DNA of 64,000 nucleotides from Oikopleura dioica. Its lineage: Eukaryota > Animalia > Chordata. Shown here in pieces: positions 49,997 to 61,152 of the stretch. Location of the stretch: contig OU015566.1 of the NCBI GenBank assembly GCA_907165135.1, positions 7,440,001-7,504,000 on the forward strand, given 5' to 3'. Made by a program: the position numbers and the translations under genes. How positions within the stretch are numbered: the first letter of the stretch is position 1; each line of letters starts with the position of its first letter. The notes under the pieces were generated by a model. The model saw only the letters and a list, made by a program, of their open reading frames with translations. It made no database searches and had not been told where the DNA came from.

Positions 49997-50516
49997 TTTC
50001 TCTGCAACTAAAGAATTTATAGCAAGTCTCAAGTCAAATATAAAATGGTACGCATGGCTAAAGGCTTCGCATATTTTTAACGACGGGATCTAACAGGCGG
50101 AAAAAACGACTCAGACGAAAATGCCTGTTTTACGATGAAAGAATATTTATTATTCTGATCTGATTTATACGAAAAAGAATAGTTTCGTATTCAAGGACTT
50201 TTCAGCTTTTTCATGAAAATGGAATAGACCCGTTAAAAGTCTAGGTCATTTTTGGTCCCGTAAAAAAATTAAAGACGAGATAAAAATCTGGGGCACTTGC
50301 AAACAATAAATTGATTGATTTTGATGGAGGCGTAAAATTCTGATTACAGCGAGGTCTAATGATAAGAATCAGCAAAGTGATCGAGCCACCTGATAATATC
50401 ACGACCACCTGCCAATTGCTTGTTTTTTTACTCTTTAGCGCCAACTTTCAAGCCCCATATAACCGAGGTTACGAGTTGAGAAACATAAAAAACAATAAAG
50501 AGAAAAAAAATCCACA

Positions 50517-51251
50517 ATGACAATCAAGCAGGAGCCAGTTTTCAAACAAGAATGCATCATCAAGGAAGAAATCAAGGAAGAAGCACCACTCATCTTCCCC
50601 AGCAACTCCGAAGCAGCTCAAAACGAAGCTCTTGAATCAGCGATCTACGAAGTATTCTTCGAAGAAAAAGCTCAACAATTCAAAGAACTCACAAAATCTA
50701 TGGAAGTTCTGCAGAAAAAGATTCATCTCAGAACAGAAAACATCGAAAAGGTCCTTTTGGAACTGACAACGATCAAGTTGTTCGATACGAACGCTGAGGA
50801 ATCAGCAGAAGCTTGGAAACTGCAGCTTCGTCTTGGATTGTTGAGCTTGGATCGGATCAATTTAGAGCAAGAAAGAGATGAGATCGAGGACAAGCTGTAT
50901 GAGCTTCTTCAAGCTCCGGATAAAAATCCAGGAGATATCGAAAAGGAAGAAACGCAGGAGGATGAGCCAGTTATAAACAAAAGTCTGGTGCCGAACAGAA
51001 TAAGAAAGAAATCGACAACTAAACAACAATCTGGCCACAACGAACTATCCGCCAAAAAAGTTAACATCGAAAAAATCAAAAAATCGAAATCGCTTCAATA
51101 CAACAAAGGTTCAGCTAAAATATCTGCCCCAAAAAGAACGGCAAAGAAGAGAAAGTCTTCTGAAGCTGATGAATTTATCATCACAGATGATATTTCTTCG
51201 GAAAACAAAGCAAACCTTATGCCAAAACGACGACGAAAAAACAATTTATGA
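50517..51251 (+). CDS. Intronless hypothetical coiled-coil protein with basic C-terminus
   Basis: 244-aa ORF with heptad-like E/K/L region and NLS-like KRRRK. Confidence 0.65.
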   Translation: MTIKQEPVFKQECIIKEEIKEEAPLIFPSNSEAAQNEALESAIYEVFFEEKAQQFKELTKSMEVLQKKIHLRTENIEKVLLELTTIKLFDTNAEESAEAWKLQLRLGLLSLDRINLEQERDEIEDKLYELLQAPDKNPGDIEKEETQEDEPVINKSLVPNRIRKKSTTKQQSGHNELSAKKVNIEKIKKSKSLQYNKGSAKISAPKRTAKKRKSSEADEFIITDDISSENKANLMPKRRRKNNL

Positions 51252-51278
51252 ACACGTAATTTCACTGTTTCATTTTGT

Positions 51279-51870
51279 TTATTTTGTATTTATGCAAATA
51301 AAAAGCGGATATGTTGTCTCTGAAGTTTTTCTTTTCAAATACAGCTTGTTGTCGTACTTTTTCTTGGGCGTCTCATTAGGGCGATTCTTCGGAGTTCTCG
51401 TTGCTCTTCGGTTTCTATAAGACTTGATCTTTTGGACGAAGAGGATGATTTTGTGCTTTTTAATTTTTAGGCAGGCCATATTAGAACTGAGGTCATCCCC
51501 TTTTCTTGGTTTCTTTCTTGGGTTCCATGAAGTCGTATCGATTTCATCGGGTTCCTTGTGTTCGATTTCTTCTGTGCTAGAATCAATGAAAACCACAATG
51601 AAAATCCGAAAGTGCTACTTTTCTGGAGCAATATCGACCATCATCGGTGTCCAAGACGCCTCAGCCAGTGCCCTGATCTCGGAAGCTCCTGACAACTGCG
51701 ACTGTCGGCCAGAATCATCAGATTCGTCTGCTGACATCTCATTTTTCCGCGCTTTTGCTTGTTTTTCTCATTCAAAATTAAACTCTGATTCTAAAACCTG
51801 TTTACCTAGTCGCCGCTTTTCAGCCCTGAGCAACTGATCTCTAGGTTCCACTTTGCCCGTCCTGCAGCAC
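51279..51870 (-). CDS. Hypothetical multi-exon low-complexity protein (extent uncertain)
   Basis: Exon-like frames KARKNEMSADESDDSGRQSQLSGASEIRAL, STEEIEHKEPDEIDTTSWNPRKKPRKGDD and RNRRATRTPKNRPNETPKKK. Confidence 0.35.
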
Positions 51871-52407
51871 GAAAAGAACATGATCTATTGATTAAAGAAG
51901 TTTCTATTTAGAACTGGATTAAGAATTTCAGCAGAGCCTTCAGTTGAGTTTACCTTCACCTCTCCGCGGTGCCACCAGCTCTCGTATTTAGCGTATTTTA
52001 CGTCCCAGAATGTAAACGAGATAGAAGGGTCTATCTTCGATAGCGCAAGGCTGCTCTGGTCAGATTTTGGATGAAAATGGAAGTTTACGAGCGATTTCGA
52101 ATATTTCTAATTTCACGTGAAATTAATTGACCGAAATTACGGCAGTTATCTGGGTCAAGCCATTTCCGCATAATTCCTATTCATATTTTCCATCTTTATT
52201 TTTTATTGAAAAATAAACAGATTAGAACGATCGAGCAAGACACTGACAAAAATATCTCTTCACATGTATAAAATTGTTTGAGGAATTCGTAAACAATCGG
52301 CAGTTCGATGCATTGGGCCAACTCAGACTTAGCTCTTGTTTCGGAAGTAATTATCAACATTCGCATAAGAGGATAATTTTCATAAATAGATTTTTACGAG
52401 AGCAAAA

Positions 52408-53459
52408 ATGAAATTTGCTGCATTGCTTGTGGCGAACTCAGTGAATGGAGAATGGACACCACCCGTAGCTATTGGAAGACCAAATCCTCTTCCCGAAGGT
52501 ATGTTTTGGACAAATTTGAATAAAGAATCATTCAATTTTACAGGAATTCAACTTCCACCTCCGGGAAGACCTTTTGGCGGTGCACCACCACCCAGAAATA
52601 CAGGATGGCAGGGACCAGTTGCCATCGGGGCAGCCCCAGAATTGCCGCCCGGAATAAACATTGTTCACGGACAATCAATGAGCTCAATGCTCGGGCCTCC
52701 TCGTCGTCCTCAAGCTCCACCACCAGCTGATGGCTGGACACCGCCTGTGGCCATTGGAGCCCCAAATCCGATTCCGCCAGGCATTGATTTAGTACATGGA
52801 AGATCGATGCGTCCAAGGGTTAGTTCAGAAGCTCCCGCTGAAGAGTCAGAATGGCAGGCGCCGGAAGCAACTGGACAAGAGACGCCACTACCTTCTGGAA
52901 TTGAATTACAGCACGGGGAGTCAATGCAAACTACCCCAAGTCCAAGTCAAATAACACCGCAGCAGAATTTGAATCCAACTGAGTGGACACCACCAGCCGC
53001 TTTTGGTGCCTTACCTGTCGAAACTGGTAAATATAATCTTACAGTAGTTAATTATCGTTAAGAATTACTTTTTAACATATTTCTGGGTTATTGATATTAT
53101 TCAAAACATATTTTTGGTAATTGATGCGGTCAACCAAGGAAAAGATTTATGGTAATGTTCTTATTTCAGATGGAGTAGAAATCGTCCATGGGGAAAGTAT
53201 GCTTCCTGCTAAAAACGTGGATCACATCGAAGATGCAGAACACGAAGGCAACGAGCCTCAAAGCAACCACAACTCTGAGGATGCTTCTGAGGAGGCGAAT
53301 GAAGTCACGGTCAAGGAGGACCCTTCTCCGTCCCCCGAGCCCGAGCCGACGCCAGATGGAACAACAAAAACACCATCAGAAACAACAGAGTCACCAGAAT
53401 CATCTTCTTCTACACTTCCCCTTTCTATTTTGACTCTGTTAATATTACTCGCTCTATGA
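52408..53459 (+). CDS. Secreted, probably GPI-anchored Pro-rich protein with five WxPPxAxG..PxGIxLxHGxSM repeats
   Basis: Signal peptide MKFAALLVANSVNG. Introns about 52500-52544 and 53028-53171. Hydrophobic tail LPLSILTLLILLAL*. Confidence 0.8.
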
Positions 53460-53599
53460 AATAATATTCCAAATAAATACCCAACCTCAACGCGCATGGA
53501 AAAGCTCATTAAAGTTTCAGTGATAAAATGAGCGTGTCAGTATAAAAAGCTATTTCGCTAGGGGCGGCTATCATCAGTAATCACCTGTTAAAAGAAAGG

Positions 53600-53855
53600 A
53601 TGAAATCAATTTTTGCCCTGATTATTGCACTTTTTTCGGGACCAAAATGCGAAGCGATGGACTCTCTTGGTAAGTCCCAAAAGTTTTTAAATTATTTTGA
53701 GTTTCGGTGAAGGAATCTTAAAAAAAGGCACATTTGATCATGATCAAATTTTAGGTCGGCTAAAACTCTGCCAGGCAGTGGTCAAACAATCATACATCTC
53801 CCCATACATGAAAAGTATCTGCGGAATCTCAAAACGACGAAACCCATTCTCCTGA
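53600..53855 (+). CDS. 56-aa putative secreted peptide precursor (two exons)
   Basis: MKSIFALIIALFSGPKCEAMDSL|GRLKLCQAVVKQSYISPYMKSICGISKRRNPFS*. GT-AG intron 53670-53754, TATAAAA at 53541, AATAAA at 53897. Confidence 0.7.
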
Positions 53856-54003
53856 AGTCCCTGCAGGAATTTTTATACACTTTCATAAAATTTTTAAATA
53901 AAATTTCATAAAAGAAATTTCTCAAAAAGTTCTCGATAAAAATTTATTATTAGCTGTTAAAATGGAATAGATAAGTGAGGCAGTTGTATTCGTTTTCGAC
54001 GGA

Positions 54004-55583
54004 TTATTTTTTCTTTGCTTTTTCTGCCTTGTCGTTTTCCTCGACGAGCGCGTCGAAATCGAAATCATCGTCGTCGTCGAATCCGTCTTCTCCTGTATCA
54101 GCCGGTGGAGGTACTATTGGTGCTATTTTTGGCGCCTTCGTGGCGGCATTTTGGGGTTCCAGTTTGACTATTGTGGCTTTCTTCGCAGCTGGCTTGGCTA
54201 TTGGAGGTTTTGGTCTGGAATTAGAGGTTTCTTGATGATAAGGAGATATTTTTGAGGTGGATGGCTTGTCATTTTTAGCGGTGCTCTCCGACTTGGTTCT
54301 TTTTCTTGAGTCTATTTCGGTATCGGACCGCTTTCGTTTTTCAGCAGTCTGTTTCAATTTTGGAGAGGAGTAAGTGGGATTTCTTACGACTGTTATTTGG
54401 GTCGCTTCTTGCTGTTGGCAGAAAGTACTAATGAAGTCATCGAGTCCATCGTCTTCCCACTCGTCATCGTCGTCGTTGTGAGTAAGCTTATAAAAAAGGC
54501 TAGCAATGATTCTAGAGCGGACTTTCTCACCTCAGATTGAGTTATGTCAGTTTGATGGGAGACAGCGGATATTGCGGAATTGTCCATCTCTTTTGAATCA
54601 TTAGATTCGTTGACTAGGTCTTCGAAGCCGTCCATATCATCCCACGTCTGTGAGGTATCAAGTGCCGGTGATCGTTGAGATGTCAAGGGAGTTGTTTGAA
54701 TGAAACTACCGCTTATTTCATCAGCTGATGGATCGGGCGTGACGGAAAGAGTGCTCGGAGGAGTGTAGATCGTGCGTTCTCCATTTCGGGAACTCCGACG
54801 TTGGCGATGGAGAGAAGTTTGGTGAAAAATGGAATCCGGTGGTGGAGCTTCATCTCGCTCTTCGTCAGATGAAATGTACTCAGCTTCGTCGTCTGAAAAT
54901 AACATCATAATTTACAATCGTTCTGAAGACAACTTACTGTCAAACTTAGGCAAGCCGAGCGTTGGTTTTGGCATTAACTCCGTCGAATTGCCGCGATTTG
55001 GACTACCAATACTCGATTTTGTGTCATTGTACCCTAGCTTGGAAACTTGTGCATGTGTCGGATAGACGATTGAGCTCATCGTGCTCGAATTTTCGGAATC
55101 AGTTGATCGACGGTCACTCGGTTTTGGTGCTTGCGTTGAGGTCCCCGACGGGCCAGGCGTATCTAAGTCGGAAGAGTCAGATTCTTTGAAGAGTCCAATG
55201 CAAGGAACTTTCGTTTCAACGAATTCTTGCTGTCCGTTCTTTTCAGTTTTTATATATTGGGTAACCATGTCAAGGTTTCTCCTTTTCGCTTGTTCCATCA
55301 ATACTCTGTTCATTGTCGCGTACCCGTGTGCTGCCGCTTCCTTGCGGGCGTTTCGCTGTCTTACCACGGGGCTACTATTCACGTATCCCAAAGCTTTCTG
55401 ATACATGGCTTCTGTTGTAGGCGTCCAGTTTGCCGGTATATAAGATGCACTTTGCACCTTTGGTTTCGGAGGGGTCTTTTTTGGCTGTGACTGTGGCCTT
55501 GGTCTTCGAGATTTTCTCGGTCTTTTTTCGATAACTGGGGAGACACATTCAAAAATGTCATCCACGTCGTAACCCTCGGACAT
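54004..55583 (-). CDS. Uncharacterised acidic/Ser-rich disordered protein, about 3 exons
   Basis: ORFs 54912-55583, 54393-54908 and 54004-54357 are separated by short intron-like GT..AG segments and share composition. Confidence 0.6.
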
Positions 55584-56158
55584 GTCCTACCGATCATCTG
55601 TTCTGAACAAAATCATATGTGAAATGGGTCGTTTTTTCGAAAAGCCGTAGCATTCGCACAAGTGAACTACTACTGAATGAACTTGTTTTTTTATTACTGT
55701 TGTCGTTTTGTTTTAAATAAGAACATGAATAGGTATGAATCAAGGACAGGAATTTAAGAACTTATTCTGTTTTTTGAGTATTCTAGGGAAACAAGTGCTC
55801 GCACATAAAAAAGTAAAACGCGCAATTTTAAATAGTAAGGATGAATCATAACAACGATCCAAGATGCTTATTAAATACAGTAAGAAATTCAGGTTTTCAG
55901 TACTACTGGTACTGAAAGTATGCTGTTTCGAGACTTTCAGTTTCTGGCTTGTGGTTTTCTGTACACTTCTTTTTTGAATTGATTCAATAAATAAAAATTA
56001 ATTGCATTCTTGATAGTCTATGAAGGAAGGAAGAAAATGAATGAAATCGGGAAAAAATACATGCCGCTGACCAAAGAAGCTCGCGGCACAAGAAAGAGCT
56101 TTTCAAAATAGGCAAATTAGTGAAACTTTCTTGTCATTTATAAGGTGGTTTTCTCATG

Positions 56159-59100
56159 TTATTTGCTTCTGTAGTCAAACTTAATTTTCAGATATTCCCA
56201 AACGCCGAACGTAATCGAGGTAGCAGCAACGGCTTTGGTAAGATTGGCGCCTATTCCGTGGTAGAACCCTCTGAAGCCATAGTCCGTGTGGATTTCCTTG
56301 ACGATTTGGCCGATATACGGGGCGCGGTGCTCAAGCGGCGAGCCCAGCTCCACGTAATCTTTTGGCCGCATGGCTTGCATCTGATAAAAAGAAATTAATT
56401 GCGCCACCCTTGTCCGCTGAATTACCTTTGTTCGTATTAAATTGACAGGATAAACGAGCGTTCCAGCGACAAATGAGCTTGATCCGCCGATGAGAGGAGG
56501 GAGGAACCAGTAAAGATGCCCATCAGAATTATTTGCCCATTTATGATTGCTCATCAGGTAGCCCTTGGCAGTCTCGGCAAAGAGAAGTTCAAGACCAGCG
56601 TAGGGGAATATGCCGAAAACGGTGGGAAGATATCCTCGCCCAAATGCTCTTCAGACCGGTTTTCAATCAGTTCATCATTTTGGTCCTTCGAAAATGGACG
56701 TATTGGACGCTGAAAACCGCTTCCTGAATCCTTCTTCCCTAACTATCGTCCTGGCACAATTGAAGACTCCGTTAAACTGCCCCGTCGATCTCAACACCAT
56801 TCTCGTTTTTAACACCTCGATCGGATATATACAAGTTTGCGCCATTGCACCAGCAGTAGCGCCAGCAAAGAATCGTTGTGTTTTCGATGGCTCTGCGCCG
56901 CAGAAGTTGTTTTTAATCGTTTCGAAAATGCCGAACTTGAGGCCTGTCTCAGGGAAGATCTTCATGACGTTTACGAAGTTTCCTCGCCACAGTGATTTTA
57001 GGCCGCCTTCGGAGTACATGAATCTGAGTGTACTCAGGTAGCCCTTTCTCGTTGATCGCTCATGGACTTGGAAGAAGACCTAAAAGAACGCAATAAAAAT
57101 TGGAAGTCCCAATTTGGAACTCATTTCCGAAGTTGAGAAAAACAACCGAGGGGAAAAGGGAGGACCCAATCGCAATAAAAGGAAGGGCCTTTGTGGGGTA
57201 GAGAAAATATTTGCTCGCTCGAGCGATTTACATTCACCCCAAACATCCCCCGGTGGGAACAATTGTTCCAAATATAGCTGGTATCAGCGAGTTGTCACCT
57301 GTCGAAAATAGGCAAAAATAACTCTCCAGTCTTCCCGTCAAAGAGAAAAATGCTCGCTGTCTACAGAATAAAGGAGGTGAACTCGACAGGCTCTGCAAGC
57401 TCTAACGAATGGACCAAGAAAAAAGCAGAACTATCAGAAGAAGAATTACAGAAAATTGTTCAAACTGAGGCTGAGCTGGATCATTTACGAGAGCGGCAAA
57501 AGGTCCGCAAAGAAGAAATCTCTCAAACAGCTCAAAAATTGAAGTTCATGAAAATTCATACGAAAGAGATAAAGAAAGCAAAAGACATCAACTGGGGAGA
57601 CAAATTTGAAATTTTGCAGAAACGAACTATGAAAGAAAATGAACTGAAATCGTCGTTGAAAGATAAAAAGAATGTTGAGGAAAAATTGGAGAAGAAAATA
57701 ATCAAAATTGAGAGTAAATTATTTGTTCAACTGTCGATTCTACTCGACTGAAAATAAAGAAAACAAAAAAAAGGTTTTTTCTTCACAATTTGGAAAGTTT
57801 GGCCCAATTCACGAGCTTTCTCACGCGAAAATTGTTTATCTTGACGAAAAAAATGTTGTTCTTTCTCCAGGAAATAGGCCAGATTGGAAACGATTAGACA
57901 CCCCCCACTGAGAACAGGCGCAGTTATTTACAACCCTCTAGTGTGGCACAGCGCTGGTGCGAGGAAAATTGAGTATTTATAGAGGCATGACTGTAGGAAC
58001 CCCGAAATTAATTCTTTCAAAAAATCAAATGTTTTCGGTTTACAAAATCGAAGAAAAGAAAAGAGACGGAAATAGATGCCCACAATTTCAAGCAGAAAAA
58101 ATTCAAATAAAGGATGAAAAAATAAGGTTCGTATTCTTTAAACTTTTATCTAACTAAGACATACTCAAGTGAGCTAGAAAAGAGTTTCGCTACTTTGAAA
58201 AATCTTCAATCCCAGCTTCATTCAGCGAAAAAATTTATCGACGAAGGAATAGAGCGAATAAAAATCATGGACAACAAAGATCGAGAAATCGCGCGAGACA
58301 AAGTAGGGCGATTTTCTGACAGAAACGCTAGAAACTTGTTCTTGAAAAAACGATACGAAAAGAAGAATAATATGAAACGAGTTCTAGCGCAGGAGAAAAA
58401 AAAGAAAGAGGAAAGAGAGAGGCAAATTAGAGAAATTGAGAGCAAAATTTATCGCCAATTGAATCAAGATTAAACTGTGCATTAAATTATTAACAGTTAA
58501 TGTAACTGTAAACTTACTTTGAGTCGATCCAAAGGAGCCGTGGTGGTGCGCGAAATCGCTCCGGCTATTCCGCCAAAGAGGAAAGTCTCGACCGGAATGC
58601 GATCCAAAATTGACAGCTCGCTATTGTCATCTGTTGTGCTTCGTTGCTGACTGATGTACGCCGTGAATTCGATATTCGCAGTTGAGAGTTTGTGCGAAAT
58701 GTCGTAGAACATTTCTGCAAGACCCGCCTGAAAAAAAAAGAATAATATTTGAAAAGAAAATTGGCTGGCCATGTGAGCACTGGTTTCTCAGAATTTCAGA
58801 TTATCGATTATCGGACATACTATTGGACTCAAATAATCACACCCAAAGGAGCTTAGCTCGGCAACCTGTGTTGGAAACCTAGGTTATGTTCTGAAGAGCT
58901 CAAATAAAAAGCCGCGTAGACTCGACTCAGGTTTTCTACGTAGTACGCAGGTTGTCGAGCCCAGCAAAGAAGGAGAAGCTTCATGGCCAAAATATCTTTT
59001 TTAATTGCTCACTTTGAGGATTTCATTCGTTCTTCTCGTGTTGAAAAGTTCTGATATGTGCCAGTCTCGAAACTCGTCTCTTGTGATTTCTGAAAAATAA

Positions 59101-60083
59101 AATGATTCAAAGCCCGGCAAGCCCAAATTGCCGGGAAAGATCACGTGATGTCTGTACTTGTATCGTAGAATGTTTGTATTTACCTAACTGGCCATCTTTC
59201 CAGTGCGATTGAATGAGATCTTCGTCCAGTAACTCGATCAGAAATGCCGTTGCTTGTGCCTCGCTTTACTAGCGCTCAAGATTCGAATTCGACTTATCAC
59301 CAAGTTTATCAATTTTACTGACCACTCTTGCTTGTACCTTGCTCGAAGGAAGCAACGTGACACGTTATTGCAAACAAAGAAGAATGTTACAACTTGTAAG
59401 AATCACGAGTGTTTCCAAGGCGATAAGCTCACCTTAGGGTTCAATCAAGAACTGAGGAGTCAAGTCTACGAAGGGGTTTTCTTGATGGCACTGAAGAAGA
59501 ATAACTTATATTTGTTGAGCGCATTCCTGAGATCCAGGTCTTTCAAATCCTCGTGGTTGATGATGTCCGTGATCGTCAAAACACCATCATTATCACTGTC
59601 GAGTTCGTTGAAGATAATCCTCGCTCGTTTGTCATTTTCGTGCATGTAACCAATAAACTCCTGCTTCGTCAAACTCCCATCGCCGCTTATGTCCGCTTCT
59701 TCTATGATTTCAGACGCTTTTTCTTCCAAAATTTGTCTAGCAATGAAAATAATAAAAAACAAATTGGGGAGTTTTTGAGTATTTACAATTGAATAGGGCA
59801 TATGCGCGGCGTTGAGTCCAGATTCTTGTCTGACTGATTTTGCTGATCCGAAAGTTGGTTTTCTACCAAAACCTCAACGATGCATTCTTTTTCGATCTTC
59901 CCGTCGTTGTCTTGGTCTAATTCGTTCCATTTTTCGACATATTTCTAAACGATAGAAACGCTACTTCTGTGTGCGAAATCAATAGTTTCTTACCTGATGA
60001 TTTTCAGCAGAAAGAGATTTGAAGCGTTGCCTTTTTCTCCTAAAATTTCCTGAATCTGCGGACGGCGTCGGAACTTCAGGCAT
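56159..60083 (-). CDS. SLC25A24: Ca2+-binding mitochondrial ATP-Mg/Pi carrier (SCaMC, SLC25A23/24/25 family)
   Basis: EF-hands [22 protein letters not shown] and [12 protein letters not shown]. Carrier motifs [68 protein letters not shown]. Confidence 0.93.
57200..58473 (+). CDS. Nested antisense coiled-coil gene inside an SLC25 intron (boundaries uncertain)
   Basis: ORFs 57350-57751, 57957-58157 and 58195-58473 are K/E-rich and lie wholly within the minus-strand intron about 57081-58519. Confidence 0.6.
58852..58964. mobile_element. Internally deleted copy of the MITE at 10437, with its own 8-bp TSD
   Basis: CTTAGCTCGGCAACCTGTGTTGGAAACC...GCAGGTTGTCGAGCCCAG. Flanks are CAAAGGAG (58844-58851) and CAAAGAAG (58965-58972). 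Confidence 0.8.
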
Positions 60084-61152
60084 TTTCGGACTAAAAGATC
60101 AAATTTTATGTCTGATTCGAAACGCTTCAGTAGATTTTCACGATTCAAAGCAATAAAAAATCAAGACAAAAGGCGGCATTTTAATTGACAAAACGAAAAA
60201 GTTCGCATTTTTTAACGATGATGAAGACTTCATTACGAGAATAAACCGCCTTTGGTTTTAAGAAAATGAGAGAAATGTGTGACCTTATAAAATGAAATTC
60301 AATTATCATTGCAATTGCTACTTCGATTTCTCTAAATCTTCGTCTGTATCTTTGTCATCTTGCCTGTAATAAAGAGTAATTACCTCAAACATTCTCGCTG
60401 AACAGCTTCCGATATTGGAAATTTATCCGAATCGATATTTGGCGTCATTTCGCCGATTCTGGTTTTTTCTCTCTTTCGAGAAAAGTTTTTACTTTCGTAT
60501 CATTTCCATTTTCTTCGTATTCAATTCTTTAAATTCTCTGATTTAAAAAGTTCAGACTTCCAAGTTCAAAAAGTTTTAGGTGTTAAATCTAGCGATAAAG
60601 GGAAAAGGAGGATTCTTCTTTCTCTTTTTTGTTCTTTCCACCTTGACAGTGAAATTCGATTGGCCGGAGCGAATAACTGGACTTTGCGCCTACGCATTTT
60701 TGTTCTACTCGCGGGGCTGAGCCGCCATCTCCGCCAAATTTGCTAAAATGAATCAAAAGTCCATTGAGGAACGTCTTGCTCTAGGTATAAAGCTAGTGAG
60801 CGGATGATCGATTGACTGAGAAATGAAATTCTAGAAGAAAATGAAAAACGAAATAAAGTCAGAAAAAAATTGAAAATAAAAAAAAATAATGAAGAAAATG
60901 AGGGAAGAAGTACGACTGCCATTTACTGAATTCTGAATATATATTTTGTGAATTTTAAAATGATAAAAGCTAACGTTAGAGCAACATGTATAGTTATTCC
61001 AACGGCAGAACAATTAATCTATCCCGTAGTCAAAGAAAATCGTGATTACTTTCTGTTAATGAACTTTGAAAACAATTAAAATTATTCCTAATGAAGCTTT
61101 CGCAACTAGTAGGGAGTATTTGTTCCTCATCTTGACCTTAAGATTTTCAGAA

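Noticed and set aside
60330-60760. Small minus-strand gene upstream of SLC25
   Set aside because: The best model needs a 20-nt intron and shows no homology, so support is insufficient.
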